A DNA stretch of 56,416 bases from Candidatus Iainarchaeum sp. (GCA_028686985.1 JAQUBA010000004.1:1-56416), one strand, 5' to 3'; numbered from the stretch's first letter, positions 1 to 9,282 are shown. A program made the numbers and translations. The notes: a model not told the origin generated them from the sequence alone.

Positions 1-34
1 CCGGATGCGCGTGGAAAATTAAAAAAGGGATTGT

Positions 35-1219
35 ATGGCAAGGAAGAAAGGCCTCTCCAGGAACACAAAAATACTTGGGGTTGTCAGCTTCCTCAACGAC
101 GCGAGCAGCGAGATGCTGGAGCCCATAGTTCCCCTATTCCTGGTGAATGTGCTGGGGGCGAACGCCTTAATACTCGGGCTGCTGGAAGGATGGACCGAGA
201 TACTGGTTGCGGTCAACAGGTTAATCTCAGGATGGCTTTCGGACAGGTTCAGGAACAGAAAAAAACTGGTGCTTTTCGGGTATTCCCTCTCCACCGTGAT
301 GAAGGTGTTCTTCGCGTACGCGGCCAGCTGGCAGCAGTTCTTCGCGCTGAAGACCGTGGAAAGGGTGGGCAAGGGCATACGGACGCCCCCCAGGGATGCG
401 ATGATAGGGGAGTCCGAGCCGGCCAGGCGGCTCGGCGCCGCGTTCGGGTTCAGGAAGATGATGGATTCCTCGGGCGCGATACTGGGGCCGCTGCTCGCCG
501 CATTCATGCTCGCCTTCTTCGCGGGCATGGGCGAGGAAAGCGTGTACCGCACAATATTCATGATTGCGGTCATACCCGCCGCGCTCGGGGTGGGGATGCT
601 GTTTTTCGTGAAGGAAAACCCGAAGCAGATAAGCAAGATAGGGGACGGCGTTTCGCTTTTCAACGGCCACGTGAAGGACTTCATGATTGTTGCCGCCTTC
701 TTCTCGCTGGGGCAGATGGGCACGGCTTTCTTCGTGCTGCGGACAAGCGAGCTGCTCCCGCTCGTGATGGTGCCCGTGGCTTACATAGCATACACTGCCG
801 CCTACGCGGCGTTCGCGATGCCTGCGGGGCTTATGACGGACAGGATAGGGCCGAAGAAGATAATGATGCTCTCGTACGTGCTGTTCGCAGCCGGCTCGCT
901 CGTGTTTGCATTCTCGGAAAGCATCCTCGCCCCGTTCATAGGGTTCCTGCTGATGGGGATGTTCATCGCGATAATAGAGACGACGCCGCGCGTTTATCTT
1001 ATTGAAACCGTGCCGGGGCACAGGTATGCGAGCGCGATAGGCACGTACCAGGGGATAACCGGCATCCTGCTGCTTCCCGCGAACCTCATCGCGGGGCTGC
1101 TGTGGGAGACGCAGTGGATGGGCGCGCATGCCCCCTTCATATTCTCAGCCGCGGTCGCAGTGGTTTCCGTATTCTTGATGTACGTATTCGTGAAGCCCGC
1201 GAAGCCCAACCGCCGCTAG
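35..1219 (+). CDS. MFS-type transporter
   Basis: 394-aa ORF with ATG at 35. Multiple hydrophobic helices throughout. MFS-like N-terminus (GVVSFLNDASSEMLEPIVPLFL) and a basic loop GWLSDRFRNRKK after TM2. A/T-rich TATA-like stretch sits just upstream. Confidence 0.75.
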   Translation: MARKKGLSRNTKILGVVSFLNDASSEMLEPIVPLFLVNVLGANALILGLLEGWTEILVAVNRLISGWLSDRFRNRKKLVLFGYSLSTVMKVFFAYAASWQQFFALKTVERVGKGIRTPPRDAMIGESEPARRLGAAFGFRKMMDSSGAILGPLLAAFMLAFFAGMGEESVYRTIFMIAVIPAALGVGMLFFVKENPKQISKIGDGVSLFNGHVKDFMIVAAFFSLGQMGTAFFVLRTSELLPLVMVPVAYIAYTAAYAAFAMPAGLMTDRIGPKKIMMLSYVLFAAGSLVFAFSESILAPFIGFLLMGMFIAIIETTPRVYLIETVPGHRYASAIGTYQGITGILLLPANLIAGLLWETQWMGAHAPFIFSAAVAVVSVFLMYVFVKPAKPNRR

Positions 1220-1866
1220 AGCTCCCTGGAGCCGCTTTCCGTCCCCACGACCACTTTTGAGAATTTGGTGAATATGCCGTTCTCAACCACGCCGGGGATT
1301 GCGTTTATGTCCTGCTCAAGCTTTTTTGAATTCGCAATTTCCATCTCGCAGTCCAGCAGGAAGTTCCCGTTGTCCGAGACGACCGGGCCGACCTTCCCGC
1401 CTCCCGTGCGGAGCTTCGGCTTCGCGCCAAGGTCTTCCATCGCCTTCATCACAGTGGAGTAGGCGAAGGGCAGGCATTCCACGACCACGGGGTATGATTT
1501 TATCTTAAGCTTGCCCTCGTCCACGACCACCAGGAACTTGTCCGCAAAATAATCAACCACCTTCTCGCGGGCGAGCGCGCCCCCTCCGCCCTTGAGCACA
1601 TAATCCTTGGATACTATGTCCGCGCCATCAACAGCGAGGTCAATTTTTGAGACCTGGTCCAGCGAAACGATGGGGATCCCGTTCCTCTTGGCGAGCATTT
1701 CCGTGTCAAAAGAGGTGGCGACGCAAACGAACCTCTTCCCCTTCTTCATCTCCTCCCCGACGAGGTTTATGAAATGGAAAACGGTTGAGCCGGTCCCGAG
1801 GCCGAGAACCATCCCGTCCTTCAGGCATTCCATCGCACCCATGCATGCGTTGAGCTTCGCGTCCAT
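1216..1866 (-). CDS. rpiA: Ribose-5-phosphate isomerase A
   Basis: 216 aa. Carries the GLGTGSTV, DGADIV and KGGGGALAREKVV motifs characteristic of RpiA. TATA-like TTTTATTAAT lies about 20-28 nt upstream on the minus strand. Confidence 0.9.
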   Translation of the reverse strand: MDAKLNACMGAMECLKDGMVLGLGTGSTVFHFINLVGEEMKKGKRFVCVATSFDTEMLAKRNGIPIVSLDQVSKIDLAVDGADIVSKDYVLKGGGGALAREKVVDYFADKFLVVVDEGKLKIKSYPVVVECLPFAYSTVMKAMEDLGAKPKLRTGGGKVGPVVSDNGNFLLDCEMEIANSKKLEQDINAIPGVVENGIFTKFSKVVVGTESGSREL

Positions 1867-1899
1867 AGTTAGTGATGGGGGGTTGGATTAATAAAAATG

Positions 1900-2163
1900 A
1901 GTGGTGGGCAATCCGGTTTGCGAAGCGTGCGCCTTGTGGAGCTCTTACCATCGGCTCCACCCCCTTGCTCTCAAGCACAGTGCAATACGCTTAGGGCTGC
2001 TCCTTCCGGCCTGACCCGGTTCGCATAAAGCTGCCGTCCCGAAAGGGAGGGCTTCGACGCCTTAGGTGAGAGGCGCAAAACGCATGAATCACGCCCCGGG
2101 CATTCGGCCCGCCTAAAGGGGATTTGCGGAGTGGGGACCCCTGGCCCCCGCCTAGCCCACCGC
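1900..2163 (-). ncRNA. Signal recognition particle (7S) RNA
   Basis: On the minus strand the 5' GGUGGGCUAGGCGG pairs with the 3' CCGGAUUGCCCACC. An internal helix-8 signature GGGUCAGGCCGGAAGGAGCAGCCCUAAG carries a GGAA tetraloop. Only implausible R/P/G-rich ORFs cover the region. Ends are approximate (+/-5 nt). Confidence 0.85.
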
Positions 2164-2183
2164 TTATGAATACGGAGAGGGCG

Positions 2184-2190
2184 TTTAAAT
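2184..2190 (-). promoter_or_regulatory. TATA-like box upstream of SRP RNA
   Basis: TTTAAA(C) on the minus strand, 21-27 nt upstream of the inferred SRP RNA 5' end. Confidence 0.5.
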
Positions 2191-2193
2191 AGA

Positions 2194-2736
2194 TTACTGG
2201 TATCTCGCCCGCATCTCTATCTGGGACTTCCTGCGCATGACCGCATCGTAGTCCTTGCATTTCCTGTAGCCGGAGAGGAATGCATCCCTGTTTTCTATGC
2301 AGCGAAGCATCGTGATGAGGTCGTCCGCCTTGTCCTCTATTCTTGAAGAGAAGAAGCCCAAGCCGAAATCTATCACGTGCAGCCGCCCCTTGTCCACCAC
2401 TATGTTGTATGGGGTAAAATCGCCGTGGATTATTCCGGAGTTGTGCAGGGACGCGAGAACCTTTCCGGCCGCCCCCAATTCCCTTGCATTCCCGCCGAGC
2501 TTCCTTCCCTTAAGATAAGTCATGATTATGGAGAATTCATCCACGGAATACACGGTGGGCGTTGAAACGCCCGCCAGCTTCGCCTTGTGCAGGAGCCGCG
2601 CCTCCCTCCTCGTGCGCTCGGTGCGGATTTTGAGGTCAAGTTCCGGGACGCGGTAGGCCTTTGCCCGCCTGTCCTTCCTCACCATCCTGGTGCCGAGGAG
2701 ATCCACGAAGGAGAGGACAGCTTCCGCGCCGCGCAT
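2194..2736 (-). CDS. bud32: Bud32/PRPK-type atypical protein kinase (KEOPS subunit), stand-alone
   Basis: 180 aa. N-terminal GAEA loop, catalytic IHGDFTPYNIVV and HVIDFGLG motifs. Separated by 1 nt from the upstream gene. Confidence 0.8.
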   Translation of the reverse strand: MRGAEAVLSFVDLLGTRMVRKDRRAKAYRVPELDLKIRTERTRREARLLHKAKLAGVSTPTVYSVDEFSIIMTYLKGRKLGGNARELGAAGKVLASLHNSGIIHGDFTPYNIVVDKGRLHVIDFGLGFFSSRIEDKADDLITMLRCIENRDAFLSGYRKCKDYDAVMRRKSQIEMRARYQ

Positions 2737-2737
2737 T

Positions 2738-3409
2738 CTACCGCCGCCTGAAGAGTGCGCCCGAGAGCAGGAAGCTGAATGCCAGCATTATCCCCCACAT
2801 GACTATTATCTCCGGGCCCACGAGAAGGAAGCCGAACGCGAAGAAAACCGCGGAGAAGAGCAGCCACACGGGCATGTTCCACGCGATTATCTTGCTCCCG
2901 TCCAGCGGGAACATCGGCAGCATGTTGAAGAAACCGAGGAATATGTTTATCATCGCGCCCCACGCCCACGCGTTCATTCCCGCGATTTGCACTGGCGCGA
3001 ACACCGAGAGTGCTAGGAATATCATGGCGAGCACGAGGTTCGTCGCCGGCCCGGCCAGCGATATTATTCCGTTCTCCCTCCTCGTGAGATATGGGGAATA
3101 GATGTATACGGCGCCTGGAGCGGCGAACACGAAGCCCATGAGGGACATGAGCAGCATGAACATCAGCCCGCTGCCCCACATCCTGAACTCCGCCTCCGCT
3201 CCGAAGAAGTTTGCGGAGACCTTGTGCGCCATCTCGTGCAGTATGAACCCTATGCCTATGGTTGCGAGGAAGAATGATACGATTGCCGCGGCTTCGGAAA
3301 AGTTGGTGAAGAGGCCCAGCCCGAACAGCGCTATTGCGAACGCGACCGAGATTGCGACCACGGATATGGCTATTTCCCTCGCCTCCCGGTCGGTTATGTA
3401 AAACCTCAT
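2738..3409 (-). CDS. Site-2 protease family (M50) intramembrane metalloprotease
   Basis: 223 aa and polytopic. HEMAHK (HExxH) and FNMLPMFPLDGSK (NxxPxxxLDG) motifs. Confidence 0.85.
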   Translation of the reverse strand: MRFYITDREAREIAISVVAISVAFAIALFGLGLFTNFSEAAAIVSFFLATIGIGFILHEMAHKVSANFFGAEAEFRMWGSGLMFMLLMSLMGFVFAAPGAVYIYSPYLTRRENGIISLAGPATNLVLAMIFLALSVFAPVQIAGMNAWAWGAMINIFLGFFNMLPMFPLDGSKIIAWNMPVWLLFSAVFFAFGFLLVGPEIIVMWGIMLAFSFLLSGALFRRR

Positions 3410-3771
3410 CTCACCATCTCTTCAAAGACCATCCTTATTTTTGGCGGGGAAAGCAGCCCCTCGTAGGACTCCACGATCCCCAGCGCCTCCCTCCCGTTAA
3501 CCCTTACCCTGAGCTCGCCGCCGAGCTGCGCATCCGAAAGCGCGGTGGCGGTTAAGCCCATGAACTGCGCAATGGGGCCGGTGCCCACTATCAGGACAGG
3601 GTCGCCCTTCCTCACCTGCTTGATGCGCGGATATGCGAGCAGGAAGAGCAGGGAAAGCCCGAGTGAAAGCGCGAAATACCTCGCCATGTCCAGCAGGGAT
3701 TGCCCCGGAGTGACCGCGAAGTATATCAGCGACACCGCGAGCAGTGCGATGAAAACCTGCGCCACCTTCAT
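3406..3771 (-). CDS. Small 2-TM membrane protein with beta-rich C-terminal domain (NfeD-like architecture)
   Basis: I use the internal ATG at 3771 (MKVAQVFIALLAV...) because the track start at 3948 would overlap the cdc48 3' end. Two TM helices are followed by GELRVRVNGREALGIVESYEG. ATGA overlap with the M50 protease gene. Confidence 0.55.
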   Translation of the reverse strand: MKVAQVFIALLAVSLIYFAVTPGQSLLDMARYFALSLGLSLLFLLAYPRIKQVRKGDPVLIVGTGPIAQFMGLTATALSDAQLGGELRVRVNGREALGIVESYEGLLSPPKIRMVFEEMVR

Positions 3772-3785
3772 TGCGAGTATCCGTA

Positions 3786-5942
3786 TCACCTGTACATTGC
3801 CTCTGTGAAGGAAGTCTTGAACTTCTTCACCCTCTCCACGTCGGATTTCTGGATGCGGGGGGCGATGGACTTCATCGCCTCCGCGAAATGCTGCTTTGTG
3901 ACGTTGGCCGAGCCGGCCCTTATCGCCATCATTCCCGCCTCCCTGCACACGTTCTCTATGTCCGCGCCGCTGTAGCCCTCCGTCTCCTTGGCCAGCTCAG
4001 CCACGTCCACGCCCTTGAGGGGCATCTTTTTCGTGTGCACCCTGAATATTTCCAGGCGAGTCTTCTCGTCCGGCATCGGAATCTCTATCACGCGGTCAAA
4101 CCTGCCCGCGCGCATGAGCGCCTTGTCCAGGATGTCGGGGCGGTTCGTGGCTCCGAGCACGACCACCTTCTTCATGGACTTCAGCCCGTCCATCTCCGTG
4201 AGCAGGGTATCCACCAGGCGCTCGCTGACCATCGTGCCTTCCCCGCCTCCCGCGCCCCTTATGGGTGCGAGCCCGTCTATCTCGTCTATGAAAAGGATGC
4301 ACGGGGCCGCCTGCTTCGCCTTGCGGAAAAGCTCGCGCAGCGTCTTCTCGCTCTCCCCGACCCACTTGCTCAGGATTTCCGGCCCGTTGATTGCGATGAA
4401 GTTCGCCTCGCTCTCGGTTGCGACCGCCTTCGCAAGGAGCGTCTTCCCGGTGCCCGGCGCGCCGTAAAGGAGAATCCCCTTCAACGGGCGTATGCCCATC
4501 TTCTCAAAGACCTCCGGCTTCTTGAGCGGGAGCTCCAGCGCCTCCTTCAGCTCCCTCTTCATGTTCTCCAGGCCGCCGATGTCGTCCCAATGGACGTTCG
4601 GCCTCTCAACGAAAACCTCCCTCAATGCGGACGGCTGTATGCCGTGCATGGCAGAGAGGAAATCGTCCCTCGTTACCTTGAGCTCCTCAAGGACTTCCGG
4701 GGCTATGAACTCGTCCTCAAGTTTTATTTTCGGGAGAATCCTGCGCAGCGCCTTTATCGCCGCCTCCTTCGTGAGCGCGGAGATGTCTGCGCCCGTGTAG
4801 CCGTGGGTGAGGCTCGCTATCTCATCAAGGTTCACATCCTCGGTGAGCGGCATGTTGCGGGTGTGTATCTGGAGGATTTCCTTCCTCCCGGTCCTGTCCG
4901 GCACGCCTATCTCAATCTCGCGGTCAAACCTCCCCGGCCTCCTGAGCGCGGGGTCTATGGAATCCACCCTGTTGGTGGCGGCAATCACGATTACCTCGCC
5001 CCGGGATTTCATCCCGTCCATGAGCGTGAGGAGCTGGCTCACCATCCTCCTCTCCACCTCGCCCGTGACTTCCTCCCGCTTGGGCGCAATCGCGTCTATC
5101 TCGTCTATGAAGATTATGGACGGGGAGTTCTCCTGCGCCTGCTTGAACAGCTCCCTGAGGCGCTGCTCGCTCTCCCCAACGAATTTGCTCACGACCTCCG
5201 GGCCGCCTATGTAGAAGAAGTTGGCGTCGCTCTCGTTTGCAACTGCTTTTGCGAGAAGCGTTTTTCCCGTCCCGGGGGCGCCGTGCAGCAGGACCCCCTT
5301 GGGCGGCTCAATTCCCAATTTTTCGAAAAGCTCCGGGTGCCTGAGCGGAAGCTCCACCATCTCGCGTATCTTCTGGACAGTCTCGCCGAGGCCGCCTATG
5401 TCGTCGTAGGTGACGCCGGTTATGGTCGCGGCCTCCTCCTCCACTTCCGGCCTGAGTATGACCTCCGTCTTTTCCGATATCATGACGCCCCCCGCGGGGG
5501 CGGTATTGACCACCACGAGCTGGATTGCGGCACCGAAAACGCCCACGGGCAGCACGTTGCCCTTGAGCACCGGCTTGCCGACCAGCTTGCTCTTTAGGTA
5601 TTGGTCAAATCCGGCGTAGAAACGCACCGGCTCCCTGGGCGCAAGCACGACCTTCTTCGCATCCTTCGCGTCCGCCTTGCCCACGCGGACCTTGTCGCCC
5701 AGCCCCACGCCCGCGTTCTGGCGCAGTATGCCGTCTATCCTCGCCATCCCCTGCCCCTCGTCGTCGGGGTGGGAGGGCCACACGAGCGCGTATGCCGCCT
5801 TCTTCCCTGAAAGCTTCACCACGTCGCCGGTTGAGACGCCGAGCTCCTCACGGCTCTTCGCGTCCATCCTGGCTATCCATCTACCCACGTCGTTGCGCAT
5901 CGCTTCGGCGACTTTCAGCAGAACAACCTTGCCCTCAGGCAT
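3786..5942 (-). CDS. cdc48: CDC48/VCP (VAT-like) AAA+ ATPase
   Basis: 718 aa. N-domain followed by two AAA modules. Walker A GAPGTGKT occurs twice. Walker B is IIFIDEID and ILFIDEID. Confidence 0.95.
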   Translation of the reverse strand: MPEGKVVLLKVAEAMRNDVGRWIARMDAKSREELGVSTGDVVKLSGKKAAYALVWPSHPDDEGQGMARIDGILRQNAGVGLGDKVRVGKADAKDAKKVVLAPREPVRFYAGFDQYLKSKLVGKPVLKGNVLPVGVFGAAIQLVVVNTAPAGGVMISEKTEVILRPEVEEEAATITGVTYDDIGGLGETVQKIREMVELPLRHPELFEKLGIEPPKGVLLHGAPGTGKTLLAKAVANESDANFFYIGGPEVVSKFVGESEQRLRELFKQAQENSPSIIFIDEIDAIAPKREEVTGEVERRMVSQLLTLMDGMKSRGEVIVIAATNRVDSIDPALRRPGRFDREIEIGVPDRTGRKEILQIHTRNMPLTEDVNLDEIASLTHGYTGADISALTKEAAIKALRRILPKIKLEDEFIAPEVLEELKVTRDDFLSAMHGIQPSALREVFVERPNVHWDDIGGLENMKRELKEALELPLKKPEVFEKMGIRPLKGILLYGAPGTGKTLLAKAVATESEANFIAINGPEILSKWVGESEKTLRELFRKAKQAAPCILFIDEIDGLAPIRGAGGGEGTMVSERLVDTLLTEMDGLKSMKKVVVLGATNRPDILDKALMRAGRFDRVIEIPMPDEKTRLEIFRVHTKKMPLKGVDVAELAKETEGYSGADIENVCREAGMMAIRAGSANVTKQHFAEAMKSIAPRIQKSDVERVKKFKTSFTEAMYR

Positions 5943-5946
5943 ATAT

Positions 5947-6897
5947 TCACCTCAAAGAAAGCTCCTTTACGAGCCTTTTCCCCTCCCTCTCCTCGAACAA
6001 TATGGTCGCGCCCATCCCTTTCATGCCGTCCAGCTTTATGCCGGCAACTGAGGGGAGGTCTATGTCCTTCTTTAGCCCTTCCAGCTTTAAAAACTTAACT
6101 AAATCCGCCGTATTCACGGAGAACTCCTGCCCGCCAACGGTCATGGAGGCGGATTCGGGCCCCACTTCCGCGGCCTCCAGCGGCCCCCGGAATATGTCCG
6201 GGGAATTCTTTTTCACGAGAAGGCGGGAGTGCTCGCCCATCCTCAGCTCCTTCCCGTCCCATTCCGCGCCCTCAAGCAGGACCGTGTCGCCCACGGCTAT
6301 CCTCTCCCCCCGCGTGGGGATGTGGGTGATGCAGGCCTGGGCCTCTTTCTGCCCGTCGGTGATTGAGAAGGTGAATTCCTCCCCGCCCATGCCCGCTATT
6401 GAAGAAACCTCGCCCCTGCAGGAGACCGTCCCTTCCTTCAGGGTTGAGGGGGAAAGGAACTCCTCCCTGCCCTCCATCTCCACTTTCCCCTTGTACCCTA
6501 TGTTTAGTATGCCGTCGCGGATGTAGCCGTTCCTTATGCTTATGCGGTCGCCAAGGTGGAAGCCGCGGATTGAGTCCGCGTCCTCGTTCCAGAGCTTTAT
6601 TTCTATTTCCCCGGTCTCGTCCTTCAGGACGAAGGAACGGGAGCGCTTGCCGGTCCGATACTCGTTCATGGGGAGGATTTTTTTTATTTTTCCCTTCACG
6701 CTCACGTCACGGGCGCCGTCCTTTATGCCGGAAATCTGGAGCGCCTCCTCCTTTATGAGCCCCTCTTCCGCGGCTATGAGCTTGGCGGCCGCCTCCCGCG
6801 TAAGGAGGCCGCTGAAGGACGAGATTTTCGCATCCACTTTCCTGTCCGCCTCCTCCTTGCCGAATTTGCCGGAGATGAGGGAAAAATAATCTTCCAT
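5947..6897 (-). CDS. RPA-like OB-fold protein (putative ssDNA-binding)
   Basis: The track start at 6903 is GTG, so I use the ATG at 6897 (MEDYFS...). The OB-fold pattern VSVKGKIKKILPMNEY..GKRSRSFVLKDETGEIEIKLWNEDA resembles archaeal RPA OB folds. A second OB-like segment lies downstream. Confidence 0.55.
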   Translation of the reverse strand: MEDYFSLISGKFGKEEADRKVDAKISSFSGLLTREAAAKLIAAEEGLIKEEALQISGIKDGARDVSVKGKIKKILPMNEYRTGKRSRSFVLKDETGEIEIKLWNEDADSIRGFHLGDRISIRNGYIRDGILNIGYKGKVEMEGREEFLSPSTLKEGTVSCRGEVSSIAGMGGEEFTFSITDGQKEAQACITHIPTRGERIAVGDTVLLEGAEWDGKELRMGEHSRLLVKKNSPDIFRGPLEAAEVGPESASMTVGGQEFSVNTADLVKFLKLEGLKKDIDLPSVAGIKLDGMKGMGATILFEEREGKRLVKELSLR

Positions 6898-6958
6898 CCG
6901 CACCCCGGATGGGCTTCGGCGGCTTAATTAAAATAGGTTTTGGAAGCAATCTACCAAT

Positions 6959-7954
6959 ATGCGCACGATGGCGAACCTGGATTATTCATATATAATCCGG
7001 GAACTGAAGCCCCTGGAGGGCAGGCACCTGGACAAGTTCTACGAGCTAGGGGACGGGCTGTTCAGGATGAAGCTGGGGAGCGACAGCGTGCTCATACAGT
7101 TGGGGAAGAGGCTGCATATCACCAAATTATTGGAGGAGGCGCCCGAGCCCACGGGCTTCGTTATGAAGGCGCGCAAGGAATTGGGCGGGCGCAAGCTGAA
7201 AGAGGTAAGGCAGAAGGGGAGGGACCGCATAATCATATTTGATTTCGGCGGGATGGAATTAATTGCGGAGATGTTCGGAGGGGGGAACCTGGTCCTTGTG
7301 CAGGACGGAAAAATAGTATATGTATATGAGAGGAAGGAGTGGAAGGACCGGAGTTTGAAACCGGGGGAAGAGTATTCCTTCCCGCCTTCGGGCGAAAAGG
7401 AATTGGACGGGATACTGGATAATCTTGGGGAAAAATCCATCGCGGCGGAGCTCGTGCCCCTGAATATCGGGATTACTTATGTGAAGAAGATGCTGGCTGC
7501 GGCTGGAGTGGAGGAAAGCAAGAGGGGGAGCGAGCTCACCTCCGCGGAGAAGAAGAAAATAAAGGAGGTTTATGCGGAGAGGATGGAGAACCTCTCGCCT
7601 TCCGTTATTATCGTGGATGGAAAGCCATCGGACTACTCATTATTCCCGGAAGGGGAGCCTTTTGAATCCCTCTCCGCCGCGCTGGACGAGTGCTTCGGGG
7701 TAGCGGAGAAGGCGAACCCCGAAATCAAAAAACTGGAGGAGATGCTCGCGAAGCAGGAAGAGAGATTGCGGGGGCTGGAACAGGAGGAGAAGGATTCCAA
7801 GGCGAAGGGCGACCTGATTTTTGAGAAATATGCGGAAGTGGAAGAAGTGCTGGAGGCGTACAGGAAGGGCGGGCTTGCGGCCGCTGAGAGGATTGCGAAG
7901 GGGAAGGGCTGGAAGCTGGACAAGAAGAATAAGGAGATGGAGATGGAACTTTAG
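6959..7954 (+). CDS. NFACT-N domain protein (short Rqc2/FbpA-like)
   Basis: 331 aa. The N-terminus (YIIRELKPLEGRHLDKFYELGDGLFRMKLG....LIQLGKRLHIT) resembles NFACT-N. A coiled-coil segment follows (KLEEMLAKQEERLRGLEQEEKDSK). The protein ends before any NFACT-R-like region. Confidence 0.55.
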   Translation: MRTMANLDYSYIIRELKPLEGRHLDKFYELGDGLFRMKLGSDSVLIQLGKRLHITKLLEEAPEPTGFVMKARKELGGRKLKEVRQKGRDRIIIFDFGGMELIAEMFGGGNLVLVQDGKIVYVYERKEWKDRSLKPGEEYSFPPSGEKELDGILDNLGEKSIAAELVPLNIGITYVKKMLAAAGVEESKRGSELTSAEKKKIKEVYAERMENLSPSVIIVDGKPSDYSLFPEGEPFESLSAALDECFGVAEKANPEIKKLEEMLAKQEERLRGLEQEEKDSKAKGDLIFEKYAEVEEVLEAYRKGGLAAAERIAKGKGWKLDKKNKEMEMEL

Positions 7955-8352
7955 CTCTCCTTGTCAATGAGGACGTCCTTGAGCAGGTCCTTCGCCTTCT
8001 TCGGGTTGGAGACGGTTATCCCGACTATGGTGCTCTTGCCGTCCCTGGAAACCAGGTGGAGGTTCTCCACGTTTATCTTGTTGTCCGCAAGCATCTTGGC
8101 AATCTCCGCGAGCTTGCCGGGCTGGTCCGCCAGTTTGATGAAGACGACGTTGCCGTTGGTGACCTTGAAGCCGCTGTTCTCAAGGACCTGCTTCGCCTTC
8201 TCGTAATCCTTGACCACTATGCTAAGGACCGCCTTTCCGCCAACGCCGCTCGCTGAGATGGACTCTATGTTTATCCTGGCCTTGCCCAGCACGTACGAAA
8301 CGTCCGCAAGCAGCCCGACGCGGTCTTCGGTGATTATGCTGATTTCCTTCAT
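7951..8352 (-). CDS. Tandem ACT-domain protein (copy 1)
   Basis: I use the internal ATG at 8352 (MKEISIITEDRVGLLADVSYVLG...). Two ACT-like beta-alpha-beta-beta-alpha-beta halves. Paralogous to 8875..9282 and 48921..49322. Confidence 0.75.
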   Translation of the reverse strand: MKEISIITEDRVGLLADVSYVLGKARINIESISASGVGGKAVLSIVVKDYEKAKQVLENSGFKVTNGNVVFIKLADQPGKLAEIAKMLADNKINVENLHLVSRDGKSTIVGITVSNPKKAKDLLKDVLIDKES

Positions 8353-8363
8353 GATTTCCACCC

Positions 8364-8663
8364 CTATATGCGGTAAATCTGGATATGGGGAATGCCATTT
8401 ATATACTTTACTTCGCCTTCGCCGAACAATCCGGCTTTCATGCCGGCTGCCACGGATTTTTTGCCCACAAGGTTGAGGGAAGAGGCGTGCGGGATTTGGG
8501 AGAGAAGCTCCTTTTCCGTGCATTCCTCCCCCTGGTAGAAAGATGCGTGCTTCGCGAGGTCAAGGCGGACGCCCTTTTCCTCAAGCACTCTTCCAATCAG
8601 CTCCTTGTCGCATGCGGCGAGGACCTTGTGCCCGCCTTTCTCGTGCATCTTGAAATACATCAT
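8364..8663 (-). CDS. DUF424-like small archaeal protein
   Basis: 99 aa. The pattern MMYFKMHEKGGHKVLAACDKELIGRVLEE...FYQGEE resembles archaeal DUF424 proteins. TATA-like TTTTTATCC lies about 20-28 nt upstream. Confidence 0.55.
   Translation of the reverse strand: MMYFKMHEKGGHKVLAACDKELIGRVLEEKGVRLDLAKHASFYQGEECTEKELLSQIPHASSLNLVGKKSVAAGMKAGLFGEGEVKYINGIPHIQIYRI
8610..8660. repeat. 51-nt direct repeat, copy 1 (5' end of the DUF424-like gene)
   Basis: gcatgcggcgaggaccttgtgcccgcctttctcgtgcatcttgaaatacat is identical to 8793..8843. Confidence 0.9.
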
Positions 8664-8717
8664 TACAGTAATGGAATAAAGGATAAAAAGGTGCGTAAGG
8701 AGTACGGGCGAAGAGTG

Positions 8718-8843
8718 TCAAAGTGAAGTGGGGGGAGGGTCAGAAAAATAGAAAGAAATGGGGAGGGGCGCTCCCCTCCGCGTTTCTTCTTGGCATGCGG
8801 CGAGGACCTTGTGCCCGCCTTTCTCGTGCATCTTGAAATACAT
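8718..8843 (-). pseudogene. Truncated duplicate of the DUF424-like gene 5' end
   Basis: Minus-strand ATG at 8843 encodes MYFKMHEKGGHKVLAAC, identical to the N-terminus of the intact gene. It then diverges to QEETRRGAPLP... and stops at 8718. It contains 51-nt repeat copy 2 (8793..8843). Confidence 0.7.
8729..8793 (+). repeat. G-run / GC-hairpin / CTTCTTGG element (copy C)
   Basis: gtggggggagggtcagaaaaatagaaagaaatGGGGAGgggcgCTCCCCtccgcgtttCTTCTTGG. Same layout as the elements at 49579..49630 and 52168..52214. Confidence 0.45.
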
Positions 8844-8874
8844 GAATAGGATAAAGAAAAGAAAGAATAAAAGG

Positions 8875-9282
8875 TTACGGCAATTCGTTCTCAATCAGGC
8901 AGCCGGACAGGAGCTTCTTCGCCTTCCTCGGCCTTGAGACGGTTATGCCCACTATTGAGCTCTTCCCGTCCTTGGAGACAAGGTGCAGGTTGTCCACGTT
9001 TATGCGGTTCTTGGAGAGCATCTTCGCGATGCCCGCCAGCGAGCCGGGGGTGTCGTCCAGCTTCACGAAAACGACGTTCCCGGAGCTGACGCTGAACCCG
9101 TTGGATTCAAGGACGTTCCTCGCCTTCTCCTGGTCCCTCACCATTATGCTGAATACCGCCTTGCCGCCCACCGAGCTCACGGCGATTGAATCTATGTTCA
9201 CCCGCGCCTGGCCTAGTATATAGGATATGTCAGCAAGGAGCCCCATCCTGTCCTCTGTAACTACGCAAATGTCCTTCATCAT
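8875..9282 (-). CDS. Tandem ACT-domain protein (copy 2)
   Basis: 135 aa. MMKDICVVTEDRMGLLADISYILGQARVNIDSIAVSSVGGKAV... is collinear with, and highly similar to, 7951..8352. Confidence 0.75.
   Translation of the reverse strand: MMKDICVVTEDRMGLLADISYILGQARVNIDSIAVSSVGGKAVFSIMVRDQEKARNVLESNGFSVSSGNVVFVKLDDTPGSLAGIAKMLSKNRINVDNLHLVSKDGKSSIVGITVSRPRKAKKLLSGCLIENELP

Noticed and set aside
3771-5597. Very long antisense ORFs opposite real genes. Examples are 3771..5597(+), 11748..13232(-), 15534..16511(+), 31492..32517(-), 32640..33797(-), 36090..37142(-), 37364..38599(-) and 46959..48032(-).
   Set aside because: Their translations are R/P/G/H-rich low-complexity sequences typical of shadow frames in GC-rich DNA. 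Each is fully overlapped by a gene with strong family motifs or clear membrane-protein character on the other strand.
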